Shown here: piece by piece, positions 13,333 through 25,116 of the stretch
Position numbering within the stretch: the stretch's first letter is position 1
Layout: each line of letters opens with the position of its first letter
NCBI GenBank assembly: GCA_965112735.1
Contig: OZ218957.1
Span: 3,348,001 to 3,412,000, forward strand
Length of the DNA stretch: 64,000 nucleotides
Source: Phaeosaccion multiseriatum
Taxonomy: Eukaryota > Protista > Ochrophyta, other classes
Reading direction: 5' to 3'
Notes under the pieces: generated by a model
Told to the model about the DNA's origin: nothing
The model's database searches: none
The model's input: only the letters and a program-made list of their open reading frames with translations
Position numbers and translations under genes: made by a program

Positions 13333-16300
13333 CTAAACTGAAAACCCGTTCCCATCGTCGATGCCGTCTTCGAGCATCGTCTGAGTGAGTCTCTCGGCCT
13401 CTGCCAGCAGCCCATCCCTGCTACACGCCTCCCTGACAAGTTGGTACGATGTGAGGTTGACAAGTCGTCGCCAGCGCATCACCGCCAGCAGCCGCAGAGC
13501 TTCCTTCACGCTCCCGGCCTTACAACAGGCCTAAGAGGGAGGGGGAGAGGAAGAGAGAGAGGGAGAAGAGAAGAGGGAGAGAGAGAGTGAGAATCAGAAG
13601 AGGGAGGGAGAGGAAGAATATAGAGGGAAGACAGAGAAGAGAGAGGGAGAAGGAGAAGGAGAAGGAGAAGAGCGAGGGAGAGGGAGAGGGAGCAAAGAGA
13701 GGGAGAGGGAGAAGGAGAAGGGAGAGGGAGAGGGAGAGGGAGAGGGAGAAGAGAGGGAGAGGAAGAAGAGAGGGAGAGAGAGAGGGAGAAGAGAGGGAGA
13801 GGGGGGGTGTACGTGAGAGGTGAAATGAGTCGCGGTGTGAGTGCGTGTATGAGCGTTCTCGTGCAGGGTGCTTGGGACCGAACAAGCAACAGCAAGGACA
13901 AGAGACGAGAGATGGGGGGAGCACCCGACCCCGCAAGGCTTGACCTGAAACTGAAAGTGAAATTGAAACTTCAACTGCACACCCAGCCTGTCCACCTCAA
14001 AGTCCAACTCACCATGAGGGCGTTGTTGACGTGTACGGTGTTGAGTGCCACACGCCTCTCCTCCATCTCCTTTAAGAAGGCGAGAGCGGATGGAGCATCG
14101 CCTCCCTGTGTGTGTGTGTGCGTGTGTGTGCGTGCGTGGCAAGAAGGAAGAAGGAGAGGGAGGAGCGGTGGGTGAGGGCGGAAAGTGAGAGTTTGCGTGT
14201 GCGCTTTCCCGGTTACGCATACCGGGAGAGAAGAGAAGGAGAAGACTAATAACTTCCCAGGCAGGTAGGCAAGCTCGCCATCAGTCCTGTCAGTCCTCCC
14301 CTCTCGCCTTCTCTCGCCGACACACCGCGGGTACCCTCACACGTACCTCTGCACACGCCGCGAGGGCGGTATTGAAGGTGACGAGGTTGGGTCTGAAGCC
14401 CAAGTCCTTCATGTGATGTACGAGCTCCACCGCCTTGCCGCACTCCCCTACCAGCCTGCATGCATCAATGGCGGCGCTGTAGCACCTCACATTCGGCTCG
14501 GGAAGCCTTCCTCCTGCTGCTGCTCCCCCTCCTCCCCCTCCTCCTGCTGCCCCTCCCCCCCCTCCGCCTCCCCCTGCCGCTACTGTCCCTCCTGACTCTC
14601 TTCCTCCTCCTGCTGCTTCTCCTCCTCCTGCTGCTGCTGCTGCTGCTTCCCCTCCTCCCTCTCCCCCTCCCATCCGCGTGCCCACCTCCATCTCCGCGAG
14701 CAACTCGAGTGCTTTGTCAAGCATTCCCGCCTTACCGCACGCTGCAATGGCCGCACTGTAGGTGTGTACGCTTGGAGCGATGCCCGCTTCGTTCCTCATC
14801 TCCTCCAGAAAGCGCAGAGCCCGCCCTCCTTCGCCGGCGTTGCCACACGCGTTGATAATTGTCGTATAGCTGACACAGTCGGGCCGAATCACCACACCAC
14901 CACCAGAGTCGTTGGACCACCTCCTTCTCACCCCTCCTGGCCTGCTGCCAGCACTGCTGCTGGCGGCTCCTGTGGTGGTGCTACTACCCCCACTATTCCC
15001 GGTGCTCGAGCTTTCCCTGCCCTCCTCCCTGCCCTCCTCCCCCTCCTCCTCCTGCTGCTGCTGCTGTTGTTGTATCGCCAACTGCTCTCCCTCTCCCTCT
15101 CGCCCAGCACCTCCCCTCTTCATCTCCTGAAAGAGCTCCAAAGCCGTATCGAGCTCGCCCACCCTCCCGCACGCATCCAGAAGTGCGTTGTACAGCACGA
15201 CATTCGGCCTCAGCGACCCTCTACCCACCGCCGACCTACCTCTCACGATCATCTCTCTAACGTGATACACCAAGTCCAAAATCAACCCACCTTCCTCTGT
15301 CTTGCCCAAGGCCATGGCCACCGTACTAAAACTCACAGCATCAGGAGGGCAGTCTTCCAGCACCTCCATCCGCATAAGCAGCTTGTAGGCGTCTCTAGAC
15401 CGCCCCAGCTTCCCATACGCCTGCAACACAGTGTTGTACGTCACGATGTCCCTCTTTGCCTTGCCGGCTTGACTGGCCTGTGACAATCCCTGGTAGAGCT
15501 GAATCACCTCTGCGTACCTCCCGGCCTTGCAGCAAGCAGACATGGCGGTGTTGAAGTTGACGATGTTGGGCGTAATGCCCCTCTGCATCATATCCCTCAA
15601 AAAGCCCAACGCACGCTGCCAATCCCCCGCCAACCCACACGCGTTGATGACGATGTTGTAGCTCACCACCGATAGCTGAGTCGGCGACGCGCCACGAGCC
15701 CTCCTCTTTGCCCGTTCTGCTGCAGCAATCGCAATACCTCCTCCCCGGCCTGCCAATATCGGACGTTCGCGAGCCCCAGCCCCAGTTGTTGGTCCTGCTG
15801 CCCCCCCTCCTCCTGCTACTCCACCCCCTCCTCCTGCTGTTGCTGCTACTCCTCCTGCTCCTCCTGCTCCTCCTGCTGTTGCTGCTACTCCTCCTGCTCC
15901 TTCTGCTCCTTCTGCTCCTCCCCCTCCTACAGCCGGGACCTTCTCGCCCAAATCCCTCAGCATCAGTTCCCACACATGCATTGCCTTGCTGTGCTGCCCT
16001 GCCCTCGCACACGCATCCAGCACAGCGCAGTAGCTGAACGGGTCCAGCATGGTCTCAGGTTTGAGACTGTGACTCTCCCAGGTGCGTCTGCGGCAGTCCT
16101 GCAGCAGCGCCAGCGCCCCTCGCCAGTTGCGACAGCGGCCCAGAGCGGCCATCGCGGCTCCGAAAATGAACGAGTTGAGTGGCAAAGGAGACAACGGAGT
16201 GGGTGAGGCCAGCGGCGATCCTATCCCTTCTCCTTCTCCTTCTCCTCTAGTCTTCGTGCTCTCCTCATGCTTCAAGCTGCTGCTGCCACTGTCGCCTAGC

Positions 16301-17568
16301 ACGTCGCTGCTACTGCGAGTTGTAATCCTGTCCCTTCCTGTTGTGCCCCCCCGTCCTCGAGCTACTGCTGCTGCCCCTGCTGCTGAGTCGCAAAATGCCG
16401 TGTACCGGCCATCGGTATCGATGCCTGCCTTTGCATCTTGCAGCAAGGTGTACACACGATGATAGGCTTCTTCGCTACTGCAGCCTCGAATCTGCTTCAG
16501 ACTCTCCACCAGATGCATCTGGCGGGTGTGGTTATTTACAGGCCATCCTCGTCCTCCTCTGCGTGGCCCTCCAGATCGTGCTCCTCCCCATGCTCCTCTT
16601 CCTCCTCCTTGCCGCGATTCCTGCTGCGGCCGCCGTTGTGGCCACGGTTGATACGGCTTATGCTTCTGGAGCACTTCCCCACGTTCCTCCCTACCTCTCT
16701 TCCGCCCTACCCTGCCTTGGCGGGGTATTGAGGGCGGCCGAGCCCCCTGCTGCTGCTTCTGCTGCTGCTGTATCACCAACGGACCCCCCTGTTGCACCCC
16801 TTCAGGTCCAGTTCTGCTGCTGCTACTGCTGCTTCTGTCTGTGGCACTGCTTCCCTCTCTGTCCGACACTCCCTCGTTACTCGCGACGACGGCCTCGTCA
16901 CCGCGCGTATAGGGACCATGCCCCCCGAAGGCAGGAGGAATGCGTGGAGAAGATTTGATCTCGTCGTGAAGCAATTGCCGCTTCTCATACGGCTGCTGCG
17001 CCTGCTGTTGTCGCTGTTGCTGTCGCTGCCGCTCCTTCTCCCCCCCTTCTCCCTCCTCAAGCACATTCAGCACGCTCTTCTCCACTATCTTGCCACTATA
17101 TCCGAGACTGCTGCTCTTCGTGCTCTGCCCACTATCGTCATTGCGGCTTTCCTTGGTCGTTGTCGTCGTTGCTGTCGCCACGTTGTACCTCCTGCTCATT
17201 CTACCTTCAACCCTGCAAGCATTGTCCACTCCCAGCTCCGAAGACCGTACAGATAGAGACTCATTCCTTAGCCTTCTCCTGCGTGAACCTCTCCAAGGAG
17301 ACAAACCCCCGGCGCTGCCACTGCCGCTACTACAAAGGAAGCTGGCATGATGACGAAGATGACCACCACATCCCTTCTTCCGCGCTGTCGTGCTACCACC
17401 GAGTCGTGCCACTGATGGGGGCTCTACTTTTCGGGCTGGCGCTTCCCCTTGAGCACCACCAGCATGCCAAGAACACACTGGGAAGAGCATGCTCTTGCTG
17501 CGTATGCCCCTACCCTGTTTGTTTAGACCACAGAGCTCATTTCGTGTGGCCTTCTCTTGCTTCAGCAA
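13333..17568 (-). CDS. Pentatricopeptide repeat (PPR) protein; large first exon plus two short 3' exons; start codon uncertain
   Basis: Many PPR motifs (VVSYNIVINACGLAGDWQRALGFLRDMMQRGITPNIVNFNTAMSACCKAG etc.). The 3' exons read GGDAPSALAFLKEMEERRVALNTVHVNNALM|ACCKAGSVKEALRLL..., with TAG at 13333. Confidence 0.92.
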
Positions 17569-17778
17569 ACCCCTGACGAGGAAGCAACCAAGCGCATGCT
17601 TCCTGCCAACTCATGGCCTCATCTTCCTCATCTTTGTCTCTTGGTGTCACTGCAAGTGCTGATGAACGCGTCTAGCGCCCAGCTGTGAGTGGAACCCCCA
17701 GGGGGGGGCGGAGCTACAACACGTTGGCTTGTCCCCCCGAATCAGCACAAAGCACACCAAGCCTTTTAAGCTTTTTCC

Positions 17779-20732
17779 ATGCAGCAGCAGCTGCTGAGGC
17801 GGGAGGTCGTTTTAGTGCTGTCGTTTGTGTCCCTCCTTTGTGTGCGGGGCTTTCTAGGAGGAGGAGGGGCATCGGGTGGGCCCAAGTGGAGGGTCCCAAA
17901 TGGAGAAGCAGCAGGACCAGCTCCAAAGTCAGCCGTAGTAGACCCGATAACTTGCAGTCGCTGTGGGATACCGCCCAGCCGCAGCTTTAGCAGCAGAAGG
18001 GCAAGGCGAAGGCCAGCACTGGCCATGGCGTCAACCGCAGGGGAAGAGAGGGCGACGCCGTCTCCGCCTCCCATCTGCTGGACGATTGCTGGCAGCGACT
18101 CCGGTGGAGGAGCCGGGATACAGGCCGATCTTCAGGCAATGCATGCACTCGGAGTGCACGGCTGCAGTGTCCTTACGGCCTTGACTGCGCAGAACAGCCG
18201 CGCGGTGACTAAAGTCGAGTATTGCAGTAATGACATGATCCAGGCCACAATGGACGCTTTGCGAGAGGACCTTCCCCCGAGGGTGGTGAAGCTGGGCATG
18301 CTGGGGAGGACAGACGTCATGCGAAAGGTCACGGAGGGGTTCTTGAAGGACTTTGCCGCGACTAACCCAATCACGGGAGGGGGAGAGGAGGAGGAGGGTG
18401 ATGGAGCTGGAGCTGGCGTGCGAGGCAAGATTGTTTGCGATCCTGTCATGGTGAGCACGTCAGGCTCGAGCCTCATGGACGAAGAAGCGGTGCAGTACAT
18501 GGTGGAGAACATCCTGCCTCTCGCGGAGGTGGTGACGCCAAACTTGCACGAGACCGAGAAGCTACTGGGGCGGAGTCTGGACGGCGCGTCTGCAGAGGAG
18601 ATGGAAGAAGCGGCGCTGGAGCTCCTGCGGCGCTTCAGCTGCAAGAGCCTCTTGATCAAGGGCGGCCACACCACGACTACCTCCGGTGGTGAGGCAGGCA
18701 GCAGCAGCAGTGTGGCGCAAGACTTTTGGACGGATGGCACGCAGAAGCTTTGGCTCACGGGCCCGCGTGTGGACAATCCGAACACCCACGGAACAGGCTG
18801 TACGCTGTCCTCCGCCATCGCCGCGTGTCTGGCCCAGGGCTACGACGTCCCTGACGCTCTCGTCATTGCTAAGGCCTATGTCAGCCAAGGCATCGAGGCG
18901 GCCACTCAGCTAGGGGCTGGACCGGGCCCTGTGGCACACACCTGCTGGCCGTGCAGTCCAACCGTCATGCCCTGGATCACGCGCTCCTCCAAGGCTGGAG
19001 TGGCTGTAGTGGGTGGTGATGGTGGTGGTGGTGTGGCAGGCCGGCTGGCCTTCGCCCCCTGCCATACAGAGTGGGGCTTGTATCCGATTGTGGAGACGGC
19101 GGAGTGGGTGGGGCGTTTGGCCAAGATGGGGGTGAGGGACATTCAGCTTCGAATCAAGGGTGCCAGCGACGAGGAGGTCAGTAGGGAAGTGGGCAAGGCA
19201 CAGGCCCTCATTGACGAGCACGCAGCAGCAGCAGAAGGAGAATCGAGGCTGTGGGTGAACGACTTTTGGAGGGCGGCAGTGGAGCACGGCACGTACGGAG
19301 TTCACATTGGACAGGAGGACCTGCAGGTACGTGAATTTGTCAGTAGCTTCGAGGGAGGGAGGGAGGGAGGGAGGGAGGGGGGGGGGTAAGGGAGAACCTA
19401 GGTCAGCAGGGCAAGTAAAACAAGTTGTGTTCTATCCTCTTTCTATACTCTCTCGATATATCTCTGTCCCTCTCTTCTCTCTCCTTGTCCTTTCTCTCCA
19501 TCTCTTTCTCTCTCTTCCTGTCCGCCTGCCTAACCGAAAGAGGATCACCTCTTACCGCAAGGGGCTCGCCTCTGGTGCTGTCGTTGTTCTTACTCATGCC
19601 ATCGGATGTCGTGTCGGTTTCCGCCCCTCCTCTTTGCTTTGCTTTGCTTATCCAGAAAGCAATAGAGGAAGAGCAAGAGAAGGGGGAAGAGGGCAACGCT
19701 CTCTCCGTCTTGGCGGCGGCAGGGATTAGACTCGGCCTAAGCACGCACACATACGCAGAGCTCGCCACGGCCCTGGCCCTCCGCCCCTCCTACATTAGCT
19801 TGGTGAGTACTCTCTGTATCTTTCTCTCTCTCACCCTCCGCCCCTCCTACATTAGCTTGGTGAGTACTCTCTATATCTTTCTCTCTCTCACCCCCCGCCC
19901 CTCCTACATTAGCTTGGTGAGTACTCTCTATATCTTTCTCTCTCTCACCCCCGCCCCTCCTACATTAGCTTGGTGAGTACTCTCTATATCTTTCTCTCTC
20001 TCACCCCCCGCCCCTCCTACATTAGCTTGGTGAGTACTCTCTATATCTTTCTCTCTCTCACCCCCCGCCCCTCCTACATTAGCTTGGTGAGTACTCTCTG
20101 TATCTTTCTCTCTCTCACCCCCCGCCCCTCCTACATTGGCTTGGTGAGTACTCTCTATATCTTTCTCTCTCTCACCCCCCGCCCCTCCTACATTAGCTTG
20201 GTGAGTACTCTCTATATCTTTCTCTCTCTCACCCCCCGCCCCTCCTACATTAGCTTGGTGAGTACTCTCTGTATCTCTCTCTATATCTTTCTCTCTCTCA
20301 CCCCCCGCGCCTCCCCTCCTCTCTCTCACATCCTCACCCTCACCCTCACCCCAACCCTCACACCCTCACCCTCATCCTCACCCTCACCCCTGCCAACCTC
20401 CTCCTCCTCCTCCTCCTCCTCTCGCTCCAAAACACAACACACAGGGCCCGGTCTTTGCGACGCAATCCAAGCAAGTGGGCTTCGCACCGCAGGGCCTACT
20501 CCAACTCAAGCGCTGGAGGGGGCTGGTGGGAGTACCGCTCATTGCCATCGGAGGGATCACGCTGGAGCGGGCTCCGGGCGTGGTGGAGGCGGGGGCAGAT
20601 GGAGTGGCGGTTATCAACGCCATTACCAAGCACGGGCAGGACGATGAAGCGGTGCTAGAGGCGGTGCAGGAGTGGCAGGAGACGCTGGTAGCAGCCGCAG
20701 CAGCAGCAGCAGCAGTTGGTGGTACAGGATGA
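17779..20732 (+). CDS. thiDE: Bifunctional hydroxymethylpyrimidine-phosphate kinase / thiamine-phosphate synthase (ThiD-ThiE fusion), probable bipartite plastid targeting
   Basis: ThiD motifs: TIAGSDSGGGAGIQADL, VKLGML, DPVMVSTSG, TPNLHE, LIKGGH, NTHGTGCTLSSAIAA. ThiE motifs: [53 protein letters not shown]. Hydrophobic N-terminus ends in VRG-F. Confidence 0.95.
19779..20310 (+). repeat. Tandem array of 9 x ~57-bp units, each consisting of the exon 3' end (RPSYISL), a GTGAGT donor and the intron start
   Basis: tacattagcttggtgagtac at 19791, 19848, 19905, 19961, 20018, 20075, 20132 (one substitution), 20189 and 20246; no spacers. Confidence 0.95.
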
Positions 20733-20895
20733 TACATACAGTTATGTTCGGCTCTGTTACCGACTTGTAGTGAGCCCAAACCTCTCAAATCTACGACACG
20801 CTGCTGGTGCGTGTCTCTCTTACTCTCTCTCCCTCCCTCCCTCCCTCCCTCGGCCCGGCCAGTCCTTCCCACACACCTACCCCCACATCTCCTTC

Positions 20896-21875
20896 TCACC
20901 CCCCCCCCTTGCCCAGAAGCTCATCATACTGCCTTCCCACCTCCTCAAGCTGGTAAAGCTCCAGCGGCTCAAAGTAGGTGTGCCCCAGCAGCTGCTTCAG
21001 CGTCACGACTTGGTCATTCAGCGCCAGACAGCTGCTGTCAGCTGTGATTCCACCGCCGTCTCCTCCTCCTCCAGACCCGCCTCTCCTGCTCCGTCGCCTC
21101 ATGCCCTCAACCAGGAGCCCCCGCGCCTTGCAGCAGCGAATCACACCTGTCAGCATTGGACTCACCCTCGCTCCCCCCCCTCCTTTGCTTCGCCTGTTGG
21201 TCCTTCTACCACTCCTACCGCCGCCGCCAATGTGCACACAGATGGGAATGACCCACTCACGATCCTGACTCCCCACCCCCCGTCCACTGCCATCCACCCC
21301 TTTCCCTTCCCCTCCCCTGGCCCCAAGCAATGGGCAGCGAAGTTCCCCCTCGCCGGCCCGCAAGCCCCTGACGGTTACACTCCAAGCACCACCGCCACCG
21401 CCGCCGCCGTCGGACCTCCTCATGGGTCTCCGAGTCGGCTTGTAGGGCACTTCCACGGGCACCACTTGCACTACTCTGCTGTCATTGCTCCTTGTGGTCG
21501 TTGTGGCCGTTGATCTGCCTCTCCCACCCCCACTCTTGTCGTCGTGGGACACTTGCCTCCCTGCGCCGACGCACTCTACAATCGGCCCTCCATGCTCTTC
21601 GCTGCGGCTGCTCCTGCTGCTGCTCGCGATGAGCCAGGTCGTGTAGTGCTGTGGTGACGCGTGCCCTCCTCCTCCTCCTCCTCCTCCTCCTCCTCCTCCT
21701 CCTCCTCCTCCTCCTCCTCCTCCTCCTCCCCCTCCTTCTGGTAGGGGCGGGAGGACGATGTCCACCGTCTCCCCCTCCTCAAGGTCGAGTCCTTCCGCCG
21801 CCTCGCTAAGCGGAACGGTCCTGACTCTCTCGCCCTCCCCCCCCCCCCCACCCCCTCCTCCTCCTCCTCCTCCTC

Positions 21876-21906
<31 letters not shown>

Positions 21907-24900
21907 TCTTGACATCGCCCCCCACTTCCCCCTTCTTGAGCAGCTGTCCTGACACCGAGGATGTCCTCTAGTAAGGCAGCGAAATCTGCCGACAGCTCTG
22001 CGTCTCTGTCCTGAAAGGCCGTGAGGGCCGCAGGGTCGGATGCAGCGATGACGGGCCCCAGGGAGAGAGCTCCAAGGTGCAGTTTAGTGCCTAGCAGCAG
22101 CAGGAGGAGGAGGAGGAGGAGGAGGAGGAGCAAGAATGAGGAGGAGGAGGAGGAGGAGGAGCAGGAGGAGGAGCAGGAGGAGGAGCAGGAGGAGGAGCAG
22201 GAGGAGGAGGAGGAGGAGGAGGAGGAGGAGGAGGAGGAGGAGGAGGGGGAGGAGGAGGAGGAGAAGCCAGTGGATGGAGGAGGTGGCTTGTCAGTCTCGC
22301 ACCATAATGGCAGTCTTAGCTCCTTCTCATCCCCCCACCCCCCCGGCCCTTCATCCTTCACTTGTCAATCACTATCTCTCTGACTCACCTCTGGCCGCCA
22401 CCATCACGTTGCTCAGCGAGACCCCTTTGGTAAAGGAAAAGGTGCTCTGTTCCTCAAGCTGAGCAAACCCCGCCAGCAGCAGTCGCGCCCAATGTCTGAA
22501 CAGCACAGATTGCTCAGGCACGCACCCTCCTCCTCCCCTACCTGCATTCACGTACCGACTTCTCCCCTTGGCGCTGCTGTTACTACTGTATGACCAACTG
22601 CTGCAGCTGCTGCTCCTACGCATCTCCTCCAAGACGAGGCTAAGCGGTCGGGCGGGAAGCATCTCGTAGTAAAAAAGAGTGTGCTCCGGGTCTCTGTTAC
22701 TCACACCACACGCTCGAGGCACCGCCGTGTGACGCCACATGGCAGCAGCAGAAGCACTACCACTACCTCCTCGTCCTCCTCCGACCCCTGATCCGGGGCC
22801 TATCCCCATGGCGAGTTGGTGATGCGCGTGGTAGCACCTCCAAATGGCATCCCTGGCAGCGAAGGGCGTACCGTCTTTCGGCACGGACACCACAACGATG
22901 GGCAGCTCCGGTCCCTGCTTACCAACATCCCCAAAGGCCTTGGCACGGAGGAGAGAGACGCAGGCGGGTAGGGAGATAGGTAGGTAGGCACGTTGGGAGG
23001 AAGAGAGGGGGGGGCGGGCGGAGGAGAGGAGAGGAGAGAGAGGCAGGCTGTGAGAGAAGGCACCGACCGAAGAGGTGACCACTCTACCCCACCCTACCTT
23101 ACCGAGAAGAGGGAACACAGACCCCGAGCCATGAACGAACCGTCAGGGGTGTCAGCGGTTAACTCACCTTGTGGACACTGATACCGAACCTGTCTGCGTA
23201 TCCCTGAGCGAAGCCCCACGCGTCGTGTAGCCGCTTGCCGCCCCTCCCCAGGGGGGCCGAGGCAGAGCTGTCCCCCGGGGAGTGCACCACTTGCACCTAC
23301 CCAAGGGGGGATGGTGACGTCAGTGTGGACAGTTCGGGTCAGAGATATCAAGTGTTCGTGCAGTCAATCCTTGGGTCCTTTTGGGGCAGAGAAAGCTTTT
23401 CGGTTGCTTGCATGCTACTTGCGTGCAGGTATCAAACAAACACAGACACACACACACCCTCATACTCTCTCTGGCTCTCTCTGCCCCCGTCTCTCCTCAC
23501 ATACACACACGATTACATACTTATTAGGTTAATACCCAAAAGTAAGAAAGTAAGTCAATCATGTACTTCCTCTCCCCTCTTACCCTGTGCCTAGCGCTGC
23601 TCCTCTCCAGCAGGGCCATGTTCTGATGCTGCCACAGCAAGGGGTTGGACAGGTGGGGAGGGGGGCTTCTCTCGTAACGGTTGGCCAGGAGACTCTGTAC
23701 TCGACTGACATTGACCAGTCCCTCCTGGCGGGCGGCCTGGATGGATGGGGAGAAAAAGGGAGGGGAGCAGGCAGGCAAAAGAAAGAGAGAGAAGGTTGAC
23801 AAATTGAGCGGTGATCTATCTTGGAGGTAACAGGAAAGCAACACAAACGATGGAGCTCAATGAGCCAAGAGAGAGACAGAGGGGGGGGAGAGAGATAGAG
23901 AGAGATGGAGAGAGAGAGACAGAGGGAGAGAGAGAGAGATGGAGAGAGAGGGAGAGAGAGAGAGACTGATATCGATACACAAAGGTTGCCTCCCCCTCGA
24001 GTCAGGTCAGTCGCTCACTCTCAGCTCGGCTCGGCCCCACCCTCCTCACCTCTGCCTTGAGGTCCGCGAGAGCTTCTGCCTGCTTCCTCTCGAAGAGGTG
24101 TAGCACCTCCATGAGCTGCCGCGTCTGAGTGGCATCGAAGCTGTCCACCTGACATTGCATACATGGCATTGGTTGGGAAGCACAGATTGGTTGCGTCAGA
24201 GTGAGGAAAGGCCAGGCCGGGCCAGGCCAGGCAAGGTCAGGCGTGAGCGAGAGAAGGATAAACATCTACTCGCTGGCACCATGCGTTCGTTAAGTATGCT
24301 GCCGGCTCTACACTGGCTCACTGACCTGCCACGCATCGAGAAGGCCGTCCATGTTCTGCAGCTGAGCGACAAGGTCATCTACACAGGCGTCCACATCGGC
24401 CGACAGGGCAGGAGTGGTGAGGTCCACCATGCAGGCTTGCAGCTGAGAGAGCGTCACGCGCGGCTCCGAGGGCCGTCCGAAGGCATTAGCTCTGTACCAC
24501 GTACACACACACAGAGAGGGGGGGGAGAGGAAAAGTGAGGGAGAGACTTAGATTTGAGGATGATGAGAGGGGTGGCAAAGGGGAAGGGGTGTATTGGAGT
24601 GAATCCTATGCAGCGTCCACTACCGCAACGCAACGTTCATTTCCTTCTTGTACACCGAAGGTGGTGTGCTCATCCACCCGGTAGCTCTTCCTCGCGACTC
24701 ACCCCCTTATAGCCTCGTCCCACAGCCTCTGCAGCTTCAGCTGATGCCCCTCTTGCGTGACGAGCCCTTCCCTGGCCAGGCTCTCCGTGAACATGCCCCA
24801 CTGCTCATTGCTGGAGATGGCCGCCTCTTGCTGCTTCTTGCCATGGCGTTGCTGCCCGTGTAAGGAAGGCCTTGCCTCTGCCGCCAACTCGAATAGGTCA

Positions 24901-24917
24901 AGGATCGGGTCCTTCAT
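20896..24917 (-). CDS. Hypothetical multi-exon protein, with a possible degenerate kinase-like segment
   Basis: ATG at 24917 (MKDPILDLFELAAEARP...), spliceable coding-like exons, and the segment LFYYEMLPARPL...LFRHWARLLLAGFAQLEEQ...VSLSNVMV. The 3' end is uncertain. Confidence 0.55.
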
Positions 24918-25116
24918 CGTTTCAGCCGCTGAAAGCCCCAGCTAACGGAGCAGCGGGCGAACAAAACGTTACTTTTAGGGCAGATGGCAGCCGACGGGGA
25001 TTGTCGTAAGCGCCAGAAGTGGAGGTCAAAACACAAAAACATTGAGTCTCTGCGCACGGCAGGAGCAAAGGAGTAGGACCTCCCTCTTCCCTCCCTCTGA
25101 GGAGAGAAGACAGGCA

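Noticed and set aside
19779-20310. CRISPR-like array
   Set aside because: Units are contiguous and near-identical with no unique spacers, they derive from the host exon/intron junction, the context is eukaryotic and there are no cas genes.
17600-20900. TPP riboswitch near thiDE
   Set aside because: No CTGAGA / CCTGAT...AATGC...GGGA aptamer core was seen by eye; an Infernal RF00059 scan would be decisive.
21830-21915. Programmed frameshift in the unknown minus-strand gene
   Set aside because: The frame change falls in a C homopolymer/(CCT)n tract, most likely a sequencing or assembly error.
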